A stretch of DNA of 64,000 bases from an uncultured beta proteobacterium. Lineage in GTDB: Bacteria > Pseudomonadota > Gammaproteobacteria > Burkholderiales > SG8-41. This document shows, in pieces, positions 37,087 through 48,459 of the stretch. The notes beneath the pieces are model-generated. The model searched no databases, was not told where the DNA came from, and saw only the letters and a program-made list of their open reading frames with translations. Each line of letters begins with the position of its first letter. The first letter of the stretch is position 1. The translations under genes and the position numbers were made by a program. The stretch is taken from the NCBI GenBank assembly GCA_903885665.1, contig CAISJL010000064.1, forward strand, positions 81,268 to 145,267, given 5' to 3'.

Positions 37087-39342
37087 ATGCGTTTTCGTTT
37101 CCCAGTCATTATTATTGATGAAGATTTCCGTTCTGAAAATACCAGCGGGTTTGGAATTCGCGCCCTAGTCAAGGCTATCGAGGCTGAAGGTTTAGATGTA
37201 TTGGGGGTGACTAGTTACGGTGATTTGTCCTCTTTCGCTCAACAACAATCTCGTGCTTCGGGGTTTATTTTATCGGTTGATGATGATGATTTCACGCCTA
37301 CCGAGCTAGATTCGACCATTCAAGAGTTGCGCACCTTTGTTAAAGCGATTCGCTTTCGCAATGCTGATATTCCGATATTTCTATATGGAGAGACGCAAAC
37401 CTCTAGGCACATTCCAAACGATGTATTGCGTGAGTTGCATGGCTTTATTCATATGTTTGAGGATACGCCAGAATTTGTGGCTCGCTATATCGTGCGTGAA
37501 TCTAGAGCTTATACAGAGAGTTTGGCCCCGCCATTCTTTAGGGCGTTAACGCATTACGCGCAAGATGGTTCTTATTCTTGGCATTGCCCAGGACACTCGG
37601 GAGGCGTGGCTTTTTTGAAAAGTCCGGTGGGTCAGATGTTCCACCAATTTTTTGGTGAAAATTTACTACGCGCCGATGTCTGCAATGCGGTTGATGAGCT
37701 AGGGCAGTTGCTTGATCATTCTGGGCCGGTAGCTGCATCTGAGCGTAACGCTGCCCGAATTTTTAATTGCGATCATTTGTTCTTTGTCACTAACGGCACT
37801 TCGACTTCAAATAAGATGGTATGGCACTCGACTGTAGCACCGGGCGATGTGGTCATTGTTGATAGAAATTGCCATGTCTCGATTTTGCATGCCATTACCA
37901 TGACAGGTGCAGTGCCGGTATTTTTGATGCCAACTCGTAATCACTTTGGCATTATTGGGCCGATTCCACTAGAAGAGTTTAAATGGGAGAACATCGAGAA
38001 GAAAATTCGCGCCAATCCCTTTGCATCCAAGTCGGAGACTAAGCCACGCGTATTAACGATTACGCAGAGTACTTATGACGGTATTCTCTACAACGTGGAT
38101 ACGATTAAAGAGTTGCTAGATGGCAAGATTGATACTTTGCACTTTGATGAAGCATGGTTGCCACACGCAACTTTTCATGATTTTTATCACGGCATGCATG
38201 CGATTGGTCGCGATCGCGCACGCTGTAAAGAGTCTATGGTGTTTTCTACCCAGTCCACTCACAAACTATTAGCCGGCTTATCACAGGCTTCACAGATTTT
38301 GGTCCAGGATAGCGAGACCCGTAAGCTCGATTACGACACTTTTAATGAAGCGTATTTAATGCACACTTCGACCTCGCCGCAATACGCGATTATTGCGTCT
38401 TGCGATGTGGCCGCGGCGATGATGGAGCCACCAGGCGGCACGGCTTTGGTCGAAGAGTCCATCATGGAAGCCTTGGACTTTCGGCGTGCAATGCGCAAGG
38501 TGGATGATGAGTTTGGTAAGGATTGGTGGTTTAAGGTTTGGGGGCCAGAGGGACTAGCTGCTGAAGGTGTGGGTAATCGTGACGATTGGATGTTACGCAC
38601 CTCTGAGCGCTGGCATGGCTTTGGTGATCTAGCGCCTGGATTTAACATGCTTGACCCGATTAAAGCAACGGTGATCACCCCAGGTCTTGATGTCACAGGT
38701 CGGTTTGCCAAGAGTGGTATTCCTGCTGCTGTAGTGACCCGTTACCTTGCTGAGCATGGCGTTATTGTAGAAAAAACCGGTCTGTATTCGTTCTTTATTA
38801 TGTTCACAATCGGGATTACTAAAGGTCGTTGGAATACCATGGTAACCGAGTTGCAACAGTTTAAGGATGACTATGACAATAATCGTCCTTTGTGGCGGGT
38901 GATGCCAAGCTTTTTGGCAAAGCAACCGCATTACGAAAAAATTGGTCTCAAGGATCTCTGCGAGCAAATCCATGGTGTCTATCGCGCCAATGATGTGGCC
39001 CGCTTGACGACCGAGATGTATTTGTCGGACATGCAACCAGCGATGCCGCCTGGCGTGGCATGGGCACGGATGGCGCATCGGCGGATAGAGCGCGTGGCGA
39101 TTGATCAGCTCGAGGGGCGAGTTGCGAGCGTGTTATTGACGCCATATCCACCAGGTATTCCCTTGCTGATCCCCGGCGAGCGCTTTAACAGCACTATCAT
39201 GCGTTACTTACAATTTGCCCGAATGTTTAACCAGCAGTTTCCAGGCTTTGATACGGATATTCATGGCTTGGTTACCGAGCGCCATGGCGATGAGTTGCGA
39301 TACTTTGTGGACTGCGTGGCGCGCGATGCCGAAACCTTTTAA
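37087..39342 (+). CDS. Orn/Lys/Arg decarboxylase, fold-I PLP, large wing-domain type
   Basis: 751 aa. N-terminal receiver-like wing domain and the PLP-lysine motif FSTQSTHKLLAGLSQ. Confidence 0.92.
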   Translation: MRFRFPVIIIDEDFRSENTSGFGIRALVKAIEAEGLDVLGVTSYGDLSSFAQQQSRASGFILSVDDDDFTPTELDSTIQELRTFVKAIRFRNADIPIFLYGETQTSRHIPNDVLRELHGFIHMFEDTPEFVARYIVRESRAYTESLAPPFFRALTHYAQDGSYSWHCPGHSGGVAFLKSPVGQMFHQFFGENLLRADVCNAVDELGQLLDHSGPVAASERNAARIFNCDHLFFVTNGTSTSNKMVWHSTVAPGDVVIVDRNCHVSILHAITMTGAVPVFLMPTRNHFGIIGPIPLEEFKWENIEKKIRANPFASKSETKPRVLTITQSTYDGILYNVDTIKELLDGKIDTLHFDEAWLPHATFHDFYHGMHAIGRDRARCKESMVFSTQSTHKLLAGLSQASQILVQDSETRKLDYDTFNEAYLMHTSTSPQYAIIASCDVAAAMMEPPGGTALVEESIMEALDFRRAMRKVDDEFGKDWWFKVWGPEGLAAEGVGNRDDWMLRTSERWHGFGDLAPGFNMLDPIKATVITPGLDVTGRFAKSGIPAAVVTRYLAEHGVIVEKTGLYSFFIMFTIGITKGRWNTMVTELQQFKDDYDNNRPLWRVMPSFLAKQPHYEKIGLKDLCEQIHGVYRANDVARLTTEMYLSDMQPAMPPGVAWARMAHRRIERVAIDQLEGRVASVLLTPYPPGIPLLIPGERFNSTIMRYLQFARMFNQQFPGFDTDIHGLVTERHGDELRYFVDCVARDAETF

Positions 39343-39875
39343 AAGCTAGATGCTGGCGACCGCTGGCGCTCGTATAACTCAAAGCGATAGGCATAGGCAT
39401 GGCGATCATCGGGTGCATATTCCTGAGCGCTTTGTAGTTGCCAGTCGCTGAGATCGAGTTCAGGCATTAGCGTATCGCCCGCCGGCTCCGCTGCAACGAC
39501 CGTCAGATATAAGCGATCGGCAAGGGGCAGTGCCGCACGGTAGAGTTCGCCACCGCCAATCACAAATGTTTCTTGATTCTCAGGTTCTTGTGCAGCAGCG
39601 TTAGCTATCGCAGCACTGAGGCTGTGGCTGACATGCGCACCCGCAACGCTGTAATCGGTTTGGCGGCTGACAATATGTGTGGTGCGTCCGGGGAGTAGGC
39701 GGTTAATTGATTCATAGGTTTTGCGACCCATGATGATGGGGTGCCCCATAGTCAGTGACTTAAAGAGTTTTAATTCGTTAGGTAAGTGCCAGGGAATTTT
39801 GCCATCTAGACCGATGACTCGATTGCGAGCCATGGCAACAATGAGCGAGAGCTTGGGTTGGGTGTTGGTAGGCAT
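39339..39875 (-). CDS. folA: Dihydrofolate reductase
   Basis: LIVAMARNRVIGLDGKIPWHLPNELKLFKSLTMGHPIIMGRKTYESI. The gene lies immediately downstream of thyA. Confidence 0.9.
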   Translation of the reverse strand: MPTNTQPKLSLIVAMARNRVIGLDGKIPWHLPNELKLFKSLTMGHPIIMGRKTYESINRLLPGRTTHIVSRQTDYSVAGAHVSHSLSAAIANAAAQEPENQETFVIGGGELYRAALPLADRLYLTVVAAEPAGDTLMPELDLSDWQLQSAQEYAPDDRHAYAYRFELYERQRSPASSF

Positions 39876-39891
39876 TGGTTTAGACGCTCAC

Positions 39892-40686
39892 TTATACCGC
39901 AACGACTGCACGGATAGCGGGATGTGGATCGTATTGTTCTAGAGTGAAGTCGCTGTATTCGAAGGCAAACAGATCGGTCACTGCAGGGTTTAAGCGCATC
40001 ACTGGTAAGTCTCGTGGGGTGCGGCCTAATTGTTCGCGGGCTTGATCTAGGTGATTTAAATACAAGTGTGTATCGCCAAAAGTGTGCACAAAGTCGCCTA
40101 ATTTTAAGTTGCAGACTTGGGCAATCATCATGGTGAGTAGAGCGTATGAGGCAATATTAAAAGGCACGCCCAAGAACATATCAGCACTGCGCTGATACAG
40201 TTGGCAGGATAGGCGGTCATTTGCTACATAGAACTGAAAAAATGCATGACAAGGCATTAGCGCCATCTGATCGAGGTCGGCAACATTCCACGCCGATACA
40301 ATCATGCGGCGCGAGTCTGGCGTGGTGCGGATTTGCTGTAGTACTTGACTGATTTGGTCTATGTGTTGGCCTGAGGCGGAAGGCCAGGAGCGCCATTGAT
40401 GCCCGTAGACCGGGCCCAGTTCGCCGCTGGAGTTAGCCCATTCGTCCCAAATGCTGACCCCGTTTTCTTTGAGGTAACGGATATTGGTGTCTCCCTTAAG
40501 AAACCACAGTAATTCATGAACAATTGATTTGAGATGCACTTTTTTGGTGGTGACAAGGGGAAAGCCTTGATTTAGGTCGAAGCGCAGCTGCGCGCCAAAT
40601 ACGGATAGCGTGCCGGTGCCTGTACGATCGGATTTGCGGGTGCCGTGCTCGAGGACGTGGCGCAGAAGGTCAAGGTAGGGGCGCAT
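39892..40686 (-). CDS. thyA: Thymidylate synthase (ThyA type)
   Basis: 264 aa with [23 protein letters not shown] and [16 protein letters not shown]. Confidence 0.97.
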   Translation of the reverse strand: MRPYLDLLRHVLEHGTRKSDRTGTGTLSVFGAQLRFDLNQGFPLVTTKKVHLKSIVHELLWFLKGDTNIRYLKENGVSIWDEWANSSGELGPVYGHQWRSWPSASGQHIDQISQVLQQIRTTPDSRRMIVSAWNVADLDQMALMPCHAFFQFYVANDRLSCQLYQRSADMFLGVPFNIASYALLTMMIAQVCNLKLGDFVHTFGDTHLYLNHLDQAREQLGRTPRDLPVMRLNPAVTDLFAFEYSDFTLEQYDPHPAIRAVVAV

Positions 40687-40917
40687 ATTGAGTGTCTAGC
40701 GAATGAGGGGTTTGAGGTGTTGGTTGTAATCAGTAATTCTAATCAATGCTCATGTGTCATCAATGCTTATGCCAAAAAGTTACTCATTGTCGCTATAGAC
40801 ATTGATCAAATCGAAGCAGATTTATAGAAAATAGTCGTCATTATCAAAAAAGGGAAATATCTGATAAAAATTAAAGAACGTATCGCAAATATATGTGAAA
40901 TACAGGAAAGATAATTA

Positions 40918-40995
40918 AGAAAACCTAAAAAACACCAAAAACACCAAAAAAACCTAAAAAAACCTAAGAAAAGCTTAAGAAATGCCGAAAATTTA
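40918..40995. repeat. Block of about 7 phased A-tracts (AAAAAACC-type units every 9-12 bp); predicted intrinsically curved DNA
   Basis: CC/GC punctuation falls at 40924, 40935, 40944, 40953, 40963, 40973 and 40985, a mean spacing of about 10.2 bp. The block sits in the 478-bp divergent spacer between thyA and the M17 peptidase gene. Confidence 0.7.
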
Positions 40996-41164
40996 ATGAA
41001 ATTGAGAGTAATTTTGAAATAATGGGCTAATAAACTCCATTTTAAGCCATTTGGGATGAGTAGATGTCGATTTTCCCGCGCTTCGCTGGCTTCATTTTTT
41101 GATTTTAGCAGGCAGACTCAGGCGCATCGTTATAATGACACCCTTTGCGTAGAATGGATAAATA

Positions 41165-42631
41165 ATGATCTTACCTCGTTTGCAAGTTCAAGCCAAAGCG
41201 CCTAGCGCGACTGTGCTGGTGCGTGCTCGCCACTTGTTGTGCATTGCGCCGACTGGTTCAAGACTTGATGATTTGCCCTTGCATTGCGTATTGCAACAAG
41301 CGTTGTTGCGGCGCGATAGCAAGCTTGACAAGCTAGTCAGTAGCCCGATCAGCAGTCAAACACCAGAAGGTGGTTTGGCGGTCTGGGTGACGCCAGACCC
41401 GCAACATAGCGCGTTTGCGCAGCAGGCCTTAATTCGTCAAGCTTTAATGACGTTATTGGCCGAGCATCCAACCGTAGTAACAATTGTGGTGTTGGGCGGG
41501 GCGGGTGTGCGTCGCAAGTTGGCTGAGTATGCGGTCTATGTGGCGCAAGTCAACGGCGCAGCGATGCCTCATAACAAGTCCAAGTCTCCGGGGGCGGCCT
41601 TAGAGCGGATTGAGTTATATGGTGCGGACCTTGTCGATGGTTTTGCTCGGGTTCAAGCCGTAGCCGAAGGTAATCTACTGTGCCGGGAGTTAACGGTTTT
41701 GCCACCCAATTTATTAACGCCCGGTATTTATCGGCAGCGCTTGCGGGGGTTAGCGCGTGCTCGTGGTTGGCAGCATACCGAATATGACTTTAAGCGTTTG
41801 CTGCGTATGGGCGCTGGGGCATTTTGTGCAGTTGCTCAGGGTAGTGATACGCCTGATGCGGCGATCGTCCATCTGCGTTATCGTGCGCGCGGCGCCAAGC
41901 AGACTATTGCTTTGGTCGGTAAAGGGATTTGTTTTGATACGGGTGGGCATAATCTAAAGCCAGCACGTTATATGCAGGGCATGCATGAGGATATGAACGG
42001 TTCAGCAGTCGCCTTGGGTATTTTGACGGCAGCAACCCGCGCCAAGCTTAAAGTGAACATCGATTGTTGGTTGGCCTTGGCGCAGAATCATCTCAGTCCC
42101 CGTGCGTATAAACAAAATGATGTGGTGACTGCGCTCAACGGTACGACGATCGAAGTGGTGCATACCGATGCTGAAGGTCGTATGGTGTTGGCGGACACTT
42201 TGACCCTGGCGGCGCGAGACAACCCAGCGGTGATTGTGGATTTTGCAACGCTCACTGGCACTATGCATGTGGCGCTTGGCAATCGCTATAGCGGCATCTT
42301 TGCGACTAGCGAAGTCTTGGCGCAAGAAGTATTGCGTGCGGGCGTGCTTGCGGGTGAACGTTTGTGTGCATTCCCTATGGATGAGGACTACGATAGCGCG
42401 CTCGATAGTGCGGTGGCGGATGTGAAGCAATGCACCATGGATGGCGATGCCGATCATATTTTAGCGGCTCGCCTGCTCCGTCGCTTTACCGCAGATCATC
42501 CGTGGGTGCACATGGATTTGTCGGCCCAAAGTTGTAAGGGTGGTTTGGGCGCGGTGGCCAGTGATACCACGGGTTTTGGTGTGGCTTGGGGTATGGCTTG
42601 GTTGCAGGAGCGCATATCAGCCCAGTGCTGA
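41165..42631 (+). CDS. M17-family (leucyl aminopeptidase-like) peptidase
   Basis: 488 aa with VGKGICFDTGGHNLKP, MHEDMNGSA and HTDAEGRMVLAD catalytic motifs and a divergent N-terminal domain. Confidence 0.88.
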   Translation: MILPRLQVQAKAPSATVLVRARHLLCIAPTGSRLDDLPLHCVLQQALLRRDSKLDKLVSSPISSQTPEGGLAVWVTPDPQHSAFAQQALIRQALMTLLAEHPTVVTIVVLGGAGVRRKLAEYAVYVAQVNGAAMPHNKSKSPGAALERIELYGADLVDGFARVQAVAEGNLLCRELTVLPPNLLTPGIYRQRLRGLARARGWQHTEYDFKRLLRMGAGAFCAVAQGSDTPDAAIVHLRYRARGAKQTIALVGKGICFDTGGHNLKPARYMQGMHEDMNGSAVALGILTAATRAKLKVNIDCWLALAQNHLSPRAYKQNDVVTALNGTTIEVVHTDAEGRMVLADTLTLAARDNPAVIVDFATLTGTMHVALGNRYSGIFATSEVLAQEVLRAGVLAGERLCAFPMDEDYDSALDSAVADVKQCTMDGDADHILAARLLRRFTADHPWVHMDLSAQSCKGGLGAVASDTTGFGVAWGMAWLQERISAQC

Positions 42632-42762
42632 TCGGCTAGTGTATCTGGCGCTGTAATTCGCGTGGGGTGCGGGTATCGTCTGAGATGCAGGTGTGGCCTG
42701 CGGGTCTGCTGTGCTAGAATTGTTTACTCATTATTATCTTGATTTTATTGGAGTTTTTCGCC

Positions 42763-43875
42763 ATGTCTGGCAACACCTTAGGGACTTTGTTTACAGTAAC
42801 TTCGTTTGGTGAATCGCACGGCCCTGCGATTGGTTGTGTAGTCGATGGCTGTCCTCCTGGGATGCGCTTGTGCGCTGAGGATATTCAATTGGAATTAGAC
42901 CGCCGTAAGCCTGGCACTTCACGTCATGTCACCCAGCGCCGCGAGGATGATGTAGTCGAGATTCTCTCTGGGGTGTTTGAGGGTAAAACTACCGGCACAC
43001 CGATTGGATTATTGATTCGGAATACCGATCAGCGCAGTAAAGACTACAGTAAAATCAAGGAGTTATTTCGCCCTGGCCATGCCGATTACACTTATTGGCA
43101 AAAATATGGGATTCGTGATTACCGCGGCGGTGGCCGCCAATCGGCGCGCGAGACTGCGGTACGCGTGGCTGCGGGTGCGATTGCCCGCAAGTGGTTGCGC
43201 GAACAGTATGGAACGGTGATCCGCGGCTATATGTCACAGCTCGGTCCCATTGCGATTCCCTTTGAGACTTGGGATTCCGTAGGCGACAATCCGTTCTTTG
43301 CGCCCAACCCTGGCATCGTCGCAGAGTTAGAGGATTACATGGATAAACTGCGTAAGTCTGGTGACTCAGTAGGCGCCAAAATAACCACGATTGCCGAGCG
43401 GGTGCCGGTCGGTTTAGGTGAGCCCGTCTACGATAAGCTCGATGCCGATATTGCCTACAATATGATGAGTATTAACGCAGTGAAGGGCGTTGAGATTGGC
43501 GCGGGGTTTGCGGCAGTCTCTCAGCGGGGAACTGAACATTCAGATGAGATGTCGCCCGCTGGTTTTTTAAGTAATCATTCAGGCGGCATGCTGGGTGGGA
43601 TTTCTACCGGCCAAGACATCATTGTGCATGTCGCGGTGAAGCCAACCTCGAGTATTCGGCTGGCGCGCCAAACCGTTGATCTGCAGGGAGCTGCGGCAAC
43701 CATCGAGACGCATGGTCGCCATGATCCTTGCGTAGGGATTCGCGCCACACCAATTTGCGAGGCGATGTTGGCTTTAACGCTGATGGATCATGCGTTACGC
43801 CACCGTGCTCAAAATGCTGATGTGCGCTCTGGCACCCCTATACTCGCGGCCCAAGCACCACAAACTGACGAATAA
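42763..43875 (+). CDS. aroC: Chorismate synthase
   Basis: [20 protein letters not shown]... and [11 protein letters not shown] lies 10 nt upstream of the ATG at 42763; the ORF-track start is an upstream TTG. Confidence 0.95.
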   Translation: MSGNTLGTLFTVTSFGESHGPAIGCVVDGCPPGMRLCAEDIQLELDRRKPGTSRHVTQRREDDVVEILSGVFEGKTTGTPIGLLIRNTDQRSKDYSKIKELFRPGHADYTYWQKYGIRDYRGGGRQSARETAVRVAAGAIARKWLREQYGTVIRGYMSQLGPIAIPFETWDSVGDNPFFAPNPGIVAELEDYMDKLRKSGDSVGAKITTIAERVPVGLGEPVYDKLDADIAYNMMSINAVKGVEIGAGFAAVSQRGTEHSDEMSPAGFLSNHSGGMLGGISTGQDIIVHVAVKPTSSIRLARQTVDLQGAAATIETHGRHDPCVGIRATPICEAMLALTLMDHALRHRAQNADVRSGTPILAAQAPQTDE

Positions 43876-44011
43876 AAACCTATATTTATCAGGTGGTTAA
43901 TTAAATTTTGGGTGTCTAAAAGGCACCTTGTAACGGTCCTGGTGGTGCTTGCAGTCGATCTGCCCCGGCTTTGTTTGCTGTTTAACTGAATAACCTGAGT
44001 CTGTTGACACT

Positions 44012-45157
44012 GTGCGCGTCCCTCCTGCTGTACCTCTACAGCTACCTGCTTTTTATGGCTTTTATTTTGCTTATTTAGGCGCTTTTGCGCCCTTCTTTGC
44101 CGTGTATTTAAGCGCTTTAGGTTTGGGCGCCTTTGAAATTGGCTGCCTAATGGCCTTACCGCAGTTAACCCGTATTTTGGCACCCCATTTATGGGGGTGG
44201 TTGGCTGATCGTCGAGGTGAGCGCATGACAGTAGTGCGACTTGCAGGTGGTGCTGGCACTGTGGCATTTTTGGGTGTGTTCTTGAGCGAGCAGGTGCTGG
44301 GTCTTGGACTGGCGTTGTTCGCGATGACCTTTTTCTGGAGTGCCGCTCTGCCACTGGTGGAGGCGACAACCCTAGCGCATTTGGGTGAGGAGACTGCACG
44401 TTATGGTCGAATTCGTGTGTGGGGTTCCGTTGGTTTTATTGTGGCAGTGGTGGGTGTTGGCTATCTGTTAGATCGCACCCATCCGCGTGCTGTGTTGTGG
44501 GTGATTCTAAGTTTGATGGTGAGTATGTTGTTCTTAGCATGGCAATTACAGGATGTTCCCAGTCGCAGTGCGGATAGCGATCATCTGCCGGTATGGGCAA
44601 TCATTCGTCGCCGCGAGGTGATAGCACTGATTCTGGCCTCAGCGCTGATGGCAGCAGCCCATGGTCCGTATTACACATTTTATACTTTGCACTTGGTCGC
44701 CATGGGTTATACCAAGGCTGTGGCTGGTTGGTTATGGGCTTTGGGCGTAGTGTGTGAAATCGGTATTTTTGTCTGGATGTCGCGTCTGTATCAAGCTTTT
44801 AGTCTGCGCCAAATTCTGATTGCGAGCGCTTTGTTGGCAGCGTTACGTTTCTTGTGGATTGGTTGGTGCGCTGATCAGTGGTTGTTGTTATTGTCAGCAC
44901 AGGCGCTACATGCCGCGAGCTTTGGTGCCTTCCATGCGGCTGCGATCGGCGTGGTGCATCGGGTGTTTCGTGGTTGCCATCAAGCCCAAGGTCAGGCCAT
45001 TTACGGCAGTCTTGCCTATGGCCTAGGCGGCGGTATTGGCGGCTTTGTGAGTGGTTATGTATGGGGGCAGTGGGGCGCAGGTCTGACCTTTAGTATGGCA
45101 TCTGCTTGCGCGCTATTAGCTGCATTGGTGTTGTGGCGTGGTTTGCGGCTGGAGTGA
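44012..45157 (+). CDS. MFS transporter (MFS_1-like/HcaT-like, about 12 TM)
   Basis: 381 aa, hydrophobic throughout, with an MFS loop motif (WGWLADRRGER). The GTG start is uncertain. Confidence 0.8.
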   Translation: MRVPPAVPLQLPAFYGFYFAYLGAFAPFFAVYLSALGLGAFEIGCLMALPQLTRILAPHLWGWLADRRGERMTVVRLAGGAGTVAFLGVFLSEQVLGLGLALFAMTFFWSAALPLVEATTLAHLGEETARYGRIRVWGSVGFIVAVVGVGYLLDRTHPRAVLWVILSLMVSMLFLAWQLQDVPSRSADSDHLPVWAIIRRREVIALILASALMAAAHGPYYTFYTLHLVAMGYTKAVAGWLWALGVVCEIGIFVWMSRLYQAFSLRQILIASALLAALRFLWIGWCADQWLLLLSAQALHAASFGAFHAAAIGVVHRVFRGCHQAQGQAIYGSLAYGLGGGIGGFVSGYVWGQWGAGLTFSMASACALLAALVLWRGLRLE

Positions 45158-45235
45158 CAAAGCGCCCTGTGCGATAATCGTAGTTTGAGTTCAGCTCGAA
45201 TTTAGATCTCTTTAGCATACATTACGAGGACTATC

Positions 45236-46666
45236 ATGGCGGGTAAAACGCTCTACGATAAGTTGTGGGAGAGTCATTTGGTGCGCTCCGAAACGGACGG
45301 CACGGCAATGATTTATATTGATCGTCATTTGGTGCATGAGGTGACCAGTCCGCAAGCCTATGAAGGCTTAAAGCTCGCTGGACGTCCAGTGTGGCGTACT
45401 GATTCTGTGGTAGCCACCGCTGATCACAATACCCCAACCCGTAATTGGCATTTGGGTTTGGACGGTATTACAGATCAAGTCTCCCGTTTGCAGGTTGAGA
45501 CCTTAGATAAAAATATCAATGAATTCAAAGCGAAAGTCTATTTCCCTTTTCTGGATAAACGCCAAGGTATTGTGCATGTGATTGGGCCTGAGAATGGTGC
45601 GACCTTGCCAGGTATGACCGTCGTGTGTGGGGACTCTCACACCTCCACCCATGGCGCGTTTGCCGCCCTAGCCTTTGGTATTGGCACTAGCGAAGTGGAG
45701 CATGTGTTGGCGACCCAATGTATGGTGATCAAAAAATCCAAAGCGATGCAGATTGTGGTCGATGGTGATTTAGGCTTAGGGGTCACTGCTAAAGATGTGG
45801 CGCTAGCGATTATTGGTCAGATCGGTACTGCGGGTGGCACCGGACATGCAGTGGAATTTGCGGGTAGCGCAATTCGTAGCTTGTCGATGGAAGGCCGGAT
45901 GACTTTGTGCAATATGGCGATTGAAGCGGGTGCGCGTGCGGGTATGGTTGCAGTGGACCAGAAAACCATTGATTACGTTCAAGGTCGGATGTTCTCGCCC
46001 ACTGGTGCGACTTGGGACCAGGCTGTGACTTATTGGCGGACGCTTACCAGTGATGCTGATGCGCAGTTTGATCAAGTCGTGCGCCTGCGTGCTGAGGATA
46101 TTGTGCCGCAGGTGACGTGGGGCACCTCACCTGAAATGGTGGCCGGTGTTGATGCTCAAGTGCCTGATCCAGAAAAAGAATCTAACCCGGTTAAACGCGA
46201 AGGTTATGCCCGGGCGCTGCAATACATGAATTTGAGCGCAGGCACGGCCTTAACAGACATTCAAATCGATAAGGTCTTTATCGGCTCTTGTACGAACTCA
46301 CGGATTGAGGACTTACGCGCTGCTGCAGCAGTGGCGCGCGGGCGTAAGGTTGCAGCCAATATCCTTCAAGCGCTGGTGGTGCCTGGTTCAGGTCTAGTTA
46401 AAGCCCAAGCCGAGGAAGAAGGCTTGGATCAAATTTTTAAGGCTGCCGGTTTTGAGTGGCGGGAGCCTGGTTGCTCGATGTGCCTGGGGATGAATGAAGA
46501 TCAGTTAAGTCCTGGTGAGCGTTGTGCATCGACTTCCAACCGAAACTTTGAAGGTCGCCAAGGTGCGGGTGGCCGCACCCACTTGGTGAGCCCCGCGATG
46601 GCAGCAGCAGCAGCTGTTACCGGTCATTTTATCGATGTGCGTCAATTGCCCGTGTTGGAGGCTTGA
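45236..46666 (+). CDS. leuC: 3-isopropylmalate dehydratase large subunit
   Basis: 476 aa. Aconitase-family motifs ([14 protein letters not shown]-like, [16 protein letters not shown]). Confidence 0.97.
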   Translation: MAGKTLYDKLWESHLVRSETDGTAMIYIDRHLVHEVTSPQAYEGLKLAGRPVWRTDSVVATADHNTPTRNWHLGLDGITDQVSRLQVETLDKNINEFKAKVYFPFLDKRQGIVHVIGPENGATLPGMTVVCGDSHTSTHGAFAALAFGIGTSEVEHVLATQCMVIKKSKAMQIVVDGDLGLGVTAKDVALAIIGQIGTAGGTGHAVEFAGSAIRSLSMEGRMTLCNMAIEAGARAGMVAVDQKTIDYVQGRMFSPTGATWDQAVTYWRTLTSDADAQFDQVVRLRAEDIVPQVTWGTSPEMVAGVDAQVPDPEKESNPVKREGYARALQYMNLSAGTALTDIQIDKVFIGSCTNSRIEDLRAAAAVARGRKVAANILQALVVPGSGLVKAQAEEEGLDQIFKAAGFEWREPGCSMCLGMNEDQLSPGERCASTSNRNFEGRQGAGGRTHLVSPAMAAAAAVTGHFIDVRQLPVLEA

Positions 46667-46667
46667 G

Positions 46668-47306
46668 ATGGATAAGTTTGTTCGTAAGGAAGGCTTAGTT
46701 GCACCCTTAGATCGTTCTAACGTGGATACCGATGCCATTATTCCCAAGCAATTTTTAAAGTCGATTAAACGCACTGGCTTTGGTCCTAATTTGTTTGATG
46801 AGTGGCGATATTTAGATCGGGGTGAGCCTGATTCAGATAATACGGGCCGACCATTGAATGCGGAGTTTGTGCTGAATCGGCAGCGCTACGAGGGTGCAAC
46901 TGTGATGTTAGCGCGCGAGAATTTTGGTTGTGGCTCGTCGCGTGAGCATGCGCCCTGGGCTTTGTTGCAGTTCGGTATACAGACCATTATCGCCACTAGC
47001 TTTGCTGATATTTTTTATAATAACAGCCTTAAAAACGGTTTGTTGTTGATTACCCTAGACGCCGCGACTATCGATCAGTTGTTTCGTGAGACCGAATCGC
47101 AAGAAGGATATCGATTAGCGGTAGATTTAGAGCATCAAAGCGTGACCACGCCCTCTGGCGAGAGCTTCTCCTTTGAGATTGATCCGCATCGCAAACACTG
47201 CATGATGAATGGCTTGGATGATATTGGATTAACACTTGCGCATGCCGATCAGATTAAGACCTTTGAAGCGGCGCATCGGGCGCGCCAGCCGTGGTTGTTT
47301 GGTTGA
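46668..47306 (+). CDS. leuD: 3-isopropylmalate dehydratase small subunit
   Basis: [31 protein letters not shown] and [13 protein letters not shown], with GGAGG upstream. It starts 1 nt after the leuC stop. Confidence 0.95.
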   Translation: MDKFVRKEGLVAPLDRSNVDTDAIIPKQFLKSIKRTGFGPNLFDEWRYLDRGEPDSDNTGRPLNAEFVLNRQRYEGATVMLARENFGCGSSREHAPWALLQFGIQTIIATSFADIFYNNSLKNGLLLITLDAATIDQLFRETESQEGYRLAVDLEHQSVTTPSGESFSFEIDPHRKHCMMNGLDDIGLTLAHADQIKTFEAAHRARQPWLFG

Positions 47307-47353
47307 GTGCGGGTGCAGCGCTTGTGCGTATTGAATAAAAGGGAGTCCTTCTC

Positions 47354-48418
47354 ATGAAGATTGCAGTACTTGCTGGTGATGGTATTGGTCCGGAAATTGT
47401 CTCGCAAGCGGTTAGAGTATTGGAATGTTTGGCGACTGATGGCTTGTCTGTAGAGTTAGAGTCGGCACCGTTTGGTGGCGCGGGTGTTGATGCTGGCGGC
47501 GACCCGCTGCCTGCATCGACCTTGGCGTTAGCGCAACAAGCTGATGCAGTATTGTGTGGTGCCGTGGGTGGCCCTAAATACGATGCGCTGCCGCGTCCCC
47601 AGCGTCCTGAGCAAGGCATTTTGCGGATTCGTAAGTCCTTGGGTCTGTTTGCTAACTTGCGCCCTGCTGTGCTTTATCCGGAGTTGGTGCAAGCCTCTAC
47701 TCTCAAGCCAGAAGTGGTTTCAGGCTTGGACTTGATGATTATTCGTGAACTCACAGGTGACATTTACTTTGGTGAGCCGCGCGGTCGCCGCGATAATGCC
47801 CAAGGCGAGCGCGAGGGCTATGACACCATGCACTATGCCGAGTCTGAGATTCGACGCATTGCTGAGGTTGGCTTCCAAACCGCACTCAAGCGCGGCAATA
47901 AGCTGTGCTCAGTAGACAAAGAAAACGTTCTCGAAACCAGTCGGTTCTGGCGTGAAATTGTCACGGATGTCGGCCGCCAATATCCCCAAGTTGCGCTCTC
48001 GCATATGTATGTGGATAACGCGGCGATGCAGTTGATTCGCAATCCTAAGCAATTCGATGTAATTGTGACGGGTAATTTATTTGGTGATATTTTGTCCGAT
48101 GAAGCCTCGATGTTAACCGGCTCAATTGGGATGCTGCCCTCGGCGTCTATGAATTCGGCAGGCGCTGGCTTGTATGAGCCGATTCACGGTTCGGCCCCAG
48201 ATATTGCTGGTAAAAATATAGCCAATCCCTTAGCGACCATTCTTTCTGTAGCGATGATGTTGCGATATACCTTCTCTCAGCCTGAGTGGGCCGGGCGGAT
48301 TGAGGCTGCTGTCAAACAGGTGTTGGCGGCTGGGTATCGGACCGCTGATATCGATGAGCCGGGAGCGCGGCGGGTGGGCACGGTTGAGATGGGCGACGCG
48401 GTAGTTGCTGCACTGTAA
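47354..48418 (+). CDS. leuB: 3-isopropylmalate dehydrogenase
   Basis: 354 aa with [15 protein letters not shown] and [25 protein letters not shown]. Confidence 0.97.
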   Translation: MKIAVLAGDGIGPEIVSQAVRVLECLATDGLSVELESAPFGGAGVDAGGDPLPASTLALAQQADAVLCGAVGGPKYDALPRPQRPEQGILRIRKSLGLFANLRPAVLYPELVQASTLKPEVVSGLDLMIIRELTGDIYFGEPRGRRDNAQGEREGYDTMHYAESEIRRIAEVGFQTALKRGNKLCSVDKENVLETSRFWREIVTDVGRQYPQVALSHMYVDNAAMQLIRNPKQFDVIVTGNLFGDILSDEASMLTGSIGMLPSASMNSAGAGLYEPIHGSAPDIAGKNIANPLATILSVAMMLRYTFSQPEWAGRIEAAVKQVLAAGYRTADIDEPGARRVGTVEMGDAVVAAL

Positions 48419-48459
48419 GTAAGTGTAATTTTTAAATATTTGATTTTAAAGGTATTTTT

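Noticed and set aside
43809-44399. 196-aa ORF on the minus strand. The same applies to other long antisense ORFs: 5395..5973, 16866..17282, 38629..39078, 42002..42457, 47254..47619, 50351..50770, 53435..53857 and 56153..56581.
   Set aside because: Each lies entirely opposite a well-supported gene (MFS transporter, Bug/MCD, permease, decarboxylase, M17 peptidase, leuB, fimV, trpF/trpB, accD). Their products are low-complexity and Arg/Pro/Ser-rich with no recognisable motifs. They are typical shadow ORFs.
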